64,000 nucleotides of DNA from Patescibacteria group bacterium (GTDB taxonomy: Bacteria > Patescibacteriota > Patescibacteriia > UBA9934): contig JBAZWW010000001.1 in assembly GCA_041660165.1 (NCBI GenBank), positions 169,035 to 233,034 on the forward strand, written 5' to 3'. The translations under genes and the position numbers were made by a program. Shown piece after piece: positions 57,270-64,000 of the stretch (within the stretch, counting starts at the first letter, position 1; each line of letters opens with the position of its first letter). The notes beneath the pieces are model-generated. The model made no database searches, was not told the origin of the DNA, and worked only from the letters and a program-made list of their open reading frames with translations.

Positions 57270-58127
57270 ATGGATCAGACCTCTATGATGACCCTCTTTG
57301 CCGAATCAGCCAAACACCTCAAAAAGGGTAAAACTGCTCGTTACACGAAATACGCGTTTGCGAGCGGAGAAGTTGCCTGTACTTTGCAGGCGAATGTTCG
57401 AGGTAAGGGATCTCGAGTGATTGCAAACATTACTCCTGATCCCGCGTCATTTTTCGAGGTCCTAGCCCTGCATCAATTACTCAAGGATCGCGAAGCCTCG
57501 ACGATCACCCTCGTCCTCCCCTACTTGAGCTACGCGCGCGAAGACCGCTCTACGGATAACGCGCAGGCTTCGCTTGGCCTTATGGTGGCCGAGCATTTGA
57601 GAGCGACGGGGGCGAATATTTCGGTGCTCGACCTGCATAGCCAAAAAGTCCTCAAAGCGCTCGGCGGGCGAGCAACGGAAATCACCGCCATCCCTCTCTT
57701 GGCCAAAGAAGTTGGCAAACTCGGACCGGTGGATGTTGTGGTGGCCCCCGACAATGGCGCTGTTCATCGAGCAGGGCGATTTGCCAAAGAACTGCCCGGG
57801 TCTCCTCGAATAGCAACGATTATCAAAACTCGCCCAGCACCTGGCACAGCCAAAGCCGGAAAACTAACAGGCAAGGTAAAGGGCGCCCACTGTGTCATCG
57901 TAGACGACATGATTGATACCGGCGGAACTATTGCCGAGGCCGTTCGATTGCTCACGAAGCACGGCGCCAAAAGCATCCGCGTAGCCGTCACTCACGGCAT
58001 CTTCTCAAAGAATGCCAAGGCACGGCTTGCTTCCCTGCCGGTAACGGCCATTTTCGTCACCAACTCCCTCCCGCAAAAACCCCATAAGAAGTTCGTCATT
58101 GTTGATATAAGCGGACTTCTCACATAA
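57270..58127 (+). CDS. prs: ribose-phosphate pyrophosphokinase
   Basis: LPYLSYAREDR, DLHS and VIVDDMIDTGGT (PRPP-binding) motifs. Confidence 0.8.
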   Translation: MDQTSMMTLFAESAKHLKKGKTARYTKYAFASGEVACTLQANVRGKGSRVIANITPDPASFFEVLALHQLLKDREASTITLVLPYLSYAREDRSTDNAQASLGLMVAEHLRATGANISVLDLHSQKVLKALGGRATEITAIPLLAKEVGKLGPVDVVVAPDNGAVHRAGRFAKELPGSPRIATIIKTRPAPGTAKAGKLTGKVKGAHCVIVDDMIDTGGTIAEAVRLLTKHGAKSIRVAVTHGIFSKNAKARLASLPVTAIFVTNSLPQKPHKKFVIVDISGLLT

Positions 58128-58143
58128 AGGAAACCCTATACTT

Positions 58144-59856
58144 TTACAAAACCTGTCCGCCAAAAGCCTCAACCAAAGTATCAACGGGATTTGTTTCTTC
58201 TTTGCCTTTTTCAAGGACGCAGACAATGGCCTTGGGCATGGCTTGCATGACGTTGCCAATGGCTTCTTGGAGGAGACGGATGGCTTTGTGCTCTTCCATG
58301 GCCTTAACATGAAACATGTAGGATAGGCTGATGGTCAGTGTGTCTCCGTCAATCGCTACCGGCTTGGACGAGTTCAAGATCATCGGTAGGGACATGTTGC
58401 GCTCAGCCACGTAGGCACAGCAACGGCCCCATTTTTCTTGGAGGTCGGCGAGAGTGAAGGGGAGGGTTAGAGAAGGTGATAAAGGGTTAGAAAGGGTTTG
58501 ATCCACCCCGACGACAGGAGGGGTAGCCTTGGTGCTATCAATGGGAGATGGTGGAAGATCGAAATCGGACGTCTGGAAAGCGCTTGCCGGCTCTGGAATC
58601 GGTGGTCGAGAGACTGGGATTGAGGCGATAGGCATTGGCTCGTTTCCTCGCCCCGCTAGGGGAGCCTCGCCCGTAGGCTGCAGAGGGCTGCGGCCGAGGG
58701 AGGGCAGGAGAGGGGCTGGTGGGATGGGAGCGGATTGAACGGCGATAGGAGCTACGGGGGCGCTCGAACAGGTCTCGACAATTGCGATCTCCAGTGGCAA
58801 CTGCGGAATCGAGCTCAAACTTGGCCGAAATCTTGCCGACAACATTAAGTCGAGAAACCGGCGGTGATCACTCGCAGTTCCGAGCTTGGCTGTCTCGGCT
58901 AATCGCTTGAGCGTGCCGGGATCGTATTCCTCGTTGCTCGAGAACCCGAGAGACGCGAACATCATAGTCCGCACGTACTCAAGAATCTCATCGAGCAGAT
59001 GACGAACGGATCCGCCCTGCTCAACAAACTCGTCTAATATTCGCAACGCCTCCGGGGCGTCTTTTTTGGTAACAGCCTGAACCAACTCAACCACAATTTC
59101 TGTGTGCGTTGCCGGCAAAATAATCGAGGCCTCCTTCTCAGTCACGGTTTTCTCACCGAGCGCAAATAGCTGACCGAGCAAACTCTCAGCATCACGCAAA
59201 CAGCCTTCGGATAGTCGAGCAATAGAAACGAACACCGACGGCTCAACCGCCACGCCCTCAGCTTTCGAGATTGTTTCGAGTCTCTCGATCATCTCTTTCG
59301 GCGGAACTCGATGAAAATCAAACCGCTGGCAACGCGAAATAATGGTCGCCGGAATTTTGTGAAGCTCGGTGGTGGCGAGAATAAAAACTACGTGCGCCGG
59401 CGGTTCTTCAAGCGTTTTCAAGAGCGCGTTGAAACTTCCCGTCGAAAACATGTGCACCTCATCAATAATAAAAACCTTGAACTTCCCACGCGACGGGGCG
59501 GTCCGAACATTCTCGATGATGTTTTCTCTTGTTTCATCCACCTTCGTCTGGCTAGCGGCATCGATCTCAATGATGTCCATCATTCGTCCTTGTTTCGTTT
59601 CAAGACAAGACCAGCAGGTATTGCACGGCTCACTCTGTCCAGCTTGCCTAGTCTCGCAATTCAAAGCCTTGGCGAGCAATCTCGCAATGGTCGTCTTACC
59701 CACGCCTCGCGGACCCGCAAACAGATACGCATGCGCCACACTCCCCTGCGCCAGCTGGTTCGTTACGGTGCGCACCACATGTCCCTGTTCCGCCACCTCG
59801 GCAAAGGTATTAGGTCGGTATTTTCTATACAGTGCTTCGGCCATAGTATGTGTCAT
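58144..59856 (-). CDS. dnaX: DNA polymerase III subunit gamma/tau
   Basis: YRPNTFAEV, GPRGVGKTT, the Cys4 zinc module and domain III. The proline-rich linker includes the repeat-derived SNPLSPSLTLP. Confidence 0.9.
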   Translation of the reverse strand: MTHTMAEALYRKYRPNTFAEVAEQGHVVRTVTNQLAQGSVAHAYLFAGPRGVGKTTIARLLAKALNCETRQAGQSEPCNTCWSCLETKQGRMMDIIEIDAASQTKVDETRENIIENVRTAPSRGKFKVFIIDEVHMFSTGSFNALLKTLEEPPAHVVFILATTELHKIPATIISRCQRFDFHRVPPKEMIERLETISKAEGVAVEPSVFVSIARLSEGCLRDAESLLGQLFALGEKTVTEKEASIILPATHTEIVVELVQAVTKKDAPEALRILDEFVEQGGSVRHLLDEILEYVRTMMFASLGFSSNEEYDPGTLKRLAETAKLGTASDHRRFLDLMLSARFRPSLSSIPQLPLEIAIVETCSSAPVAPIAVQSAPIPPAPLLPSLGRSPLQPTGEAPLAGRGNEPMPIASIPVSRPPIPEPASAFQTSDFDLPPSPIDSTKATPPVVGVDQTLSNPLSPSLTLPFTLADLQEKWGRCCAYVAERNMSLPMILNSSKPVAIDGDTLTISLSYMFHVKAMEEHKAIRLLQEAIGNVMQAMPKAIVCVLEKGKEETNPVDTLVEAFGGQVL

Positions 59857-59861
59857 CCTGA

Positions 59862-60160
59862 GACCTATCTCTGTGTCATCTCGAGTCCCGTCCGACGGGA
59901 CGAGAGATCTAATTGGCCGTCAGTTTCTCCAGCATCTTATGTCGATCTAGCATAAAAGACAAACCACTCACCCCCACCCTTTTCCCCTCAATAAATGAAA
60001 ATCAGATCTCTCGGCCTTCAGACGGCCTCGAGATGACAAGAGCTGACCGATCCACCAATTCTACCCCTCCTATCGTCGGGGTAGGACAGCCTGAATCGGC
60101 CGATCAGATCCCTCGGGCGTAGCCCTACGGGCGAGCCTTCGTTAGCGCTCAGGATGACAC
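59862..60160. repeat. cluster of two or three palindromic dispersed repeat copies between dnaX and the VirD4-like gene
   Basis: GTCATCCTGAGACC..., GTCATCTCGAGTCCCGTCCGACGGGACGAGAGATCTAATTGGCCGTCAG, and the reverse-orientation copy ...GCGCTCAGGATGACAC at 60120-60160. Confidence 0.65.
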
Positions 60161-60197
60161 TGAAACTCGAAAAGACAGCAACAGTCACCCAAAGACT

Positions 60198-62795
60198 CTA
60201 GGCGACCGGTGGCGGGGGTGGGGCGGTGATCTTTTTGCCCTTAGGGCCAAGACCGGCGCGTTCTGTAATTTCGGCAGAGACCTCATCCTTATCACGGCCG
60301 TATTGGATACGCGAAATCTCCTTGAGGGCAGCACCCACCCTCTTATTGCCTACCTGTTTAGGAAACACCTTAATGTTAAACGGCTTGCCCTGTGAGCCAT
60401 CAATGATCAGCTTCACATTCCATGTCAACGCAGAGTTATTCATCAAATCATACCCGCTGAAGGTGGGCTCGAAAATCTTGGCAAGGACCTCAGTATCCTC
60501 CGGACCAACGCGCGAAACAAAGTATGAGCCAACGTTACCAAGCACCGCATCACGAATCTCTGTCTTTCCGTCCTTTACCAGCTGGCCCATGTACTGGTGA
60601 GCCATGATTAAGCTTAGTTTGTATTTTCTAGCTTCAGAAAGAATGGTGGCAATAGACGGCGTGATGAAGTTCTGGAACTCGTCAATATAGAGATAGAACG
60701 GCCGGCGCTTTTCCTCAGGCATGTCCGCGCGGGCAAAGGCGGCCATCTGCAATTTTGAAACTAGAATCAAACCGAGCAAGTTGGCATTCACGTCGCCCGT
60801 TTTTCCTTTCGACAAATTCACGAGCAGAATCTTGCCGTTATCCATGATATCGCGGAAATTGAAAGCTGACTTGGTCTGGCCAATGATATTGCGCATCATC
60901 TCGTTCTCAACAAACCTGCCAACCTTGGAAACAAGGTAGCCCATCATTTCACTCTTGTGATAATCGCTCGTTTTGGCCATTTCATCTTCCCAGAACGAAC
61001 GAACAACAGGGTCTTTCACCTTATCTACCCATTTCTTTTGGAACGCCTCATCCGCAATCATGCGCGGGATCTCAATCAGCGTGCCAGGGTTCTCAACATC
61101 AGCCATGAGCGTCAGCATGTAATTGCGCATGTTGTGCTCAAACATCGGGCCGATCATTTCCGGCGGGAAGAGCATATAAAACACACTGATCATTTCCTGC
61201 ACAGCAAAATCGCGCATCCCCTCATTTGGCGCCTCAAGCATGTTGAGTCCCATCGGCTTGTCCGTATCCGACGGATTGAAATAAATGACATCGTCAATCC
61301 TATCCTTTGGAATAAGTTCGAGTAATCCGTCAGCCAAGTCCCCGTGCGGATCAATGACCGCAATGCCCCGGCCCGCACGGATATCCTGCACTGCAAGATT
61401 CTTAATGAATTCAGATTTACCAGTACCCGTTTTACCAATGATGTACGTATGGCGAAGACGATCAGCCTCTTTGATGAAAATATCCGTCTTCTTTCCGCGA
61501 TATTCGTTGTAGCCGAGTAATAATCCCTCGGTAGGGATGTTGGTTGGCGGTGGGGCCGAACGGGCATGCATCCAGCGGATGTTAGGCGTTTCACTCGTAG
61601 GTAGCGGAAGATGCCAAAGACTCGTCAGCTCCTCAGTATTCAGAACAAGTTTGTAACCCTCAGAAAATGTGCGGAAAATAAACGCCTCAATCAGCGCCCG
61701 CTTTGATCCGGGGATGCTCTTCTCAAGCGAATTGCCGTACTCGTAAATGTTGTACTGGCCAAAAGCCTGAATGACGTTTGAAAGGGCCAGCTGAGCGGAT
61801 TCGGCCGTGGCAGAAGAAGCTACGATGCGAATATTGGATTCAAGTCCTGCTTTGCTGAGCTTATTTTCTATACCCTCAAGCATCTTTGTTTCAGCCGCAG
61901 ACATCTTGCGTTCGCGCAACTTTTCTTTCTCTTTCTCATGAGTCTTTTCAGAAAAGAACCAATCACGCCAGCCCTCGCCAGCGTTCCCCTTCAAAGCCTG
62001 CTCCAGCGTCATCCCTTTCTGCATGTTCTTCACAATCTTCATGCCCGGTTCCCGCCAAGAATGATGCGTAGGGCGAACAAGAAACTGAATAGCCACGCCA
62101 TCGCCATCAGGGACCTTTGACAAGGCATTCGTCAAAGCGTTCAGCGGATCAACTTCGATTTCTTTATAGGTCTTCAAAGGGAATGCACTCTTGCGTTTGA
62201 ACTTCAAATACCCGCCAAGTACCACGCCCGTTGGGGAAAACATGTTGTAGTCGCCGACGTCTTCCATTTCTGCATCTGGATACTGCGCGTGCATCTGCTC
62301 AGAAAAAAACTCTTGATACTTGAGCGGAATAGTCACGTAAAAACTGATGAGCTTCTCCATGGCCACAATCTCAAAAGAGAAAACGTCAGACTCGCCGTAC
62401 AGCCAGGCATGCAGACCGTGATCCGGCTTCAAACCGCCGAGCGCTGAAAAAATGGACTCGCCAACAGCCACTTTTTCCTTTGTGATCTGGGCCGTAGGAA
62501 TCTGCCTAGCTTCTTCCTCCGAACGAAACTTTGGCAAAATGATGCGAAGCGTCACCAGCCGGTCCTCTCCCCCGCGGGCATGCGCCTGCGCGTGGAGTTT
62601 TGCTCGCAAAATGTTAATACCGATAATGAAAATAACGGCAAGAACCACAGCGCCTATTAAAAACGGCAAGTACTGAGCAAAGCCCGAACTTTGCGCCGTG
62701 ACTATAATCTGGCCGGTGTCCGTAGACCCAAAAAGCGGATCTTGCCCAAGACCGGTATCAAGCTGGGCCAATAATGTTCCTCCAAGTAAAATCAC
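60198..62795 (-). CDS. VirD4/TraD-like (type IV coupling protein / HerA-FtsK superfamily) ATPase with N-terminal TM helices
   Basis: Walker A IGKTGTGKSEF, VIDPHGD, Walker B-like FYLYIDEFQNF and a C-terminal polyproline tail. Confidence 0.6.
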   Translation of the reverse strand: MILLGGTLLAQLDTGLGQDPLFGSTDTGQIIVTAQSSGFAQYLPFLIGAVVLAVIFIIGINILRAKLHAQAHARGGEDRLVTLRIILPKFRSEEEARQIPTAQITKEKVAVGESIFSALGGLKPDHGLHAWLYGESDVFSFEIVAMEKLISFYVTIPLKYQEFFSEQMHAQYPDAEMEDVGDYNMFSPTGVVLGGYLKFKRKSAFPLKTYKEIEVDPLNALTNALSKVPDGDGVAIQFLVRPTHHSWREPGMKIVKNMQKGMTLEQALKGNAGEGWRDWFFSEKTHEKEKEKLRERKMSAAETKMLEGIENKLSKAGLESNIRIVASSATAESAQLALSNVIQAFGQYNIYEYGNSLEKSIPGSKRALIEAFIFRTFSEGYKLVLNTEELTSLWHLPLPTSETPNIRWMHARSAPPPTNIPTEGLLLGYNEYRGKKTDIFIKEADRLRHTYIIGKTGTGKSEFIKNLAVQDIRAGRGIAVIDPHGDLADGLLELIPKDRIDDVIYFNPSDTDKPMGLNMLEAPNEGMRDFAVQEMISVFYMLFPPEMIGPMFEHNMRNYMLTLMADVENPGTLIEIPRMIADEAFQKKWVDKVKDPVVRSFWEDEMAKTSDYHKSEMMGYLVSKVGRFVENEMMRNIIGQTKSAFNFRDIMDNGKILLVNLSKGKTGDVNANLLGLILVSKLQMAAFARADMPEEKRRPFYLYIDEFQNFITPSIATILSEARKYKLSLIMAHQYMGQLVKDGKTEIRDAVLGNVGSYFVSRVGPEDTEVLAKIFEPTFSGYDLMNNSALTWNVKLIIDGSQGKPFNIKVFPKQVGNKRVGAALKEISRIQYGRDKDEVSAEITERAGLGPKGKKITAPPPPPVA

Positions 62796-63328
62796 ATGGT
62801 GTCTCGGCCAGCATGGGCCCGTTCCTCTACGAATTTAGCAAGCTCGGTCTCTTTGATTGAAGCTTCCTGTGTCTGGTAAGAACGCTCGACATTGGGGATA
62901 ATCCCAAGCCATTTTCTGACGCCCTTCAGCGCCTTATGGGGCCTGTAATGACCCGTACTGATGTCTTTCGCAAGCTCCGCCTCAAGCGTCTCCCCCTCTT
63001 CTTTCATCTTCTGTTGAATAGCGGGCGTCTGCGCCTCCCACAGCTTCATCATTTTTTTGTCTACCAGAATGCCATCTATTTTCTCGACCACCTGATCCTT
63101 CATGGCAGGAATCCGCACCACCGCTGGCGCCCTAGCAACCTCGACTGCCGGTGAAGGGACAACCGGCTCCGGGGGAGTCTCGACCGCTGGCATGACGGCC
63201 TCAGAGGCTGGAGCTGGCGCAAGCTCAACACCAGCCGGCTTTTCCGGTGTACCTTCAACCACGTTCTCTAGGGTATCCACCGGTTTAGCCGGCGCTACCT
63301 CCGGAATAGGGACAATCGGGAATTCCAT
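62792..63328 (-). CDS. hypothetical protein (Pro/Ala-rich N-terminus) co-transcribed with the coupling-ATPase-like gene
   Basis: ORF with a 4-nt overlap (ATGA) with the downstream ATPase. Confidence 0.4.
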   Translation of the reverse strand: MEFPIVPIPEVAPAKPVDTLENVVEGTPEKPAGVELAPAPASEAVMPAVETPPEPVVPSPAVEVARAPAVVRIPAMKDQVVEKIDGILVDKKMMKLWEAQTPAIQQKMKEEGETLEAELAKDISTGHYRPHKALKGVRKWLGIIPNVERSYQTQEASIKETELAKFVEERAHAGRDTM

Positions 63329-63350
63329 GGGGGTATTTTAACACGAGTCC

Positions 63351-63385
63351 GGGCAGGCATTGACAAAAACTCCCCTTTCTGGTAT
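63351..63385 (+). promoter_or_regulatory. near-consensus sigma70 promoter
   Basis: TTGACA aaaactcccctttctgg TATACT: consensus -35, a 17-nt spacer and a near-consensus -10. Confidence 0.5.
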
Positions 63386-63391
63386 ACTAAT

Positions 63392-63650
63392 CACTTCTTG
63401 AATACGTGACTTTTTCCAAAAAGCCAGTCGTTTCAGAGGTTTCTTCAGCGCTACAGCTTGTTACGCAGTAGAAAGGCACGCACCGGTATTCACTGCGCAA
63501 AGACTCACGTCCCGCGCGCAGGCATAAGCATACTATCTAAACCCCCATTCTCGCTTGAAACGTCTAGACGTTTCTTGTCTTGATCAGGGTTAAGTGCCAC
63601 ATCAAAAACCCGCCGTTGTCCCTTCATGGGCTCTGCGGGATTTTTGTTTC
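63392..63650 (+). ncRNA. candidate small noncoding RNA (~250 nt), unidentified
   Basis: Promoter at 63351-63385 and an intrinsic terminator CCCGC...GCGGGATTTTTGTTT at about 63600-63650. No ORF of any size with an RBS. Confidence 0.3.
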
Positions 63651-64000
63651 TATTCGAATTCTACAATCATTGGCAAGTGGTCGGAAATGGCCACCTTTGG
63701 TACCGCAAAACTCTTCACCGTTACGTCCGGCGAGACGAGCATGTAATCCGCAAAACGAAGCGGCTTCGTATAGAGCGCGCCACGAGTGTCAGTGATCCCA
63801 TACTTAGTGATGAGGTTCACCATACCCTCTTCAATAATCTTTAGGCTATCAGTACCTGGCAATAGATTAAAATCTCCCGCAAGAATCTTAGGCCCCTTAA
63901 TCTGATCAAGAAACTTCCGAATATTCGTAGATTGCAAAATGCGGTCAGGCGCATCACCTTTGCCTTGGCCGGTCCAAATCCCGTGAAAATTACAAACAGT
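63650..64000 (-). CDS. endonuclease/exonuclease/phosphatase (EEP) family protein, 5' part beyond the window
   Basis: C-terminal EEP motifs (LAGDFNLLPG, SDHLPMIVEF). Confidence 0.55.
   Translation of the reverse strand, partial: TVCNFHGIWTGQGKGDAPDRILQSTNIRKFLDQIKGPKILAGDFNLLPGTDSLKIIEEGMVNLITKYGITDTRGALYTKPLRFADYMLVSPDVTVKSFAVPKVAISDHLPMIVEFE

Noticed and set aside
1-64000. CRISPR arrays, integrases, transposases, rRNA genes
   Set aside because: No repeat-spacer periodicity, no recombinase/transposase motifs and no rRNA-like conserved stretches were seen in the window.

Overview
This 64-kb window reads as a bacterial chromosome segment, probably from a small-genome, CPR/Patescibacteria-like organism. 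The evidence for that is indirect: a compact ribosomal cluster, an RpoA that lacks its C-terminal domain, a PriA with a degenerate helicase motif, a short AlaS, and many unknown secreted and membrane proteins.

Gene content in order:
- def and fmt
- a cell-surface glycan locus: O-antigen-ligase-like, DUF2207, LemA, two GT2, one GT4 and a Wzx flippase
- an rpsI-rplM / rplQ-rpoA-rpsD-rpsK-rpsM-rpmJ-infA cluster, all on the minus strand
- a GC-rich two-gene insertion of unknown function right where the secY-adk-map genes would normally sit
- rimK, alaS, murJ, a PKD/TSP3 surface protein, tRNA-Arg(CCG), a SpoU methyltransferase and a rumA-like gene
- a 1.3-kb protein-free island that appears to encode two tandem structured noncoding RNAs
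- uppS, era, a thioredoxin-like gene, a beta-CASP RNase, a MarR + MacA + split MacB efflux operon and dus
- a J-domain giant coiled-coil protein, two FAD oxidoreductases, gmk-pyrF and a RibA-like gene, Zn-ribbon paralogs, tRNA-Gln(CUG), prs, dnaX, and a VirD4/TraD-like ATPase.

The most unusual signals are:
- at least two families of short dispersed repeats that sit both in intergenic terminator-like positions and in-frame inside genes (GT4 linker, O-antigen ligase loop, PriA C-terminus, DnaX linker), in the way Rickettsia RPEs do
- a strongly over-represented 13-bp palindrome ATAAGA-S-TCTTAT, also found upstream of the MarR gene
- several promoter + terminator bounded noncoding units whose identity I could not establish.
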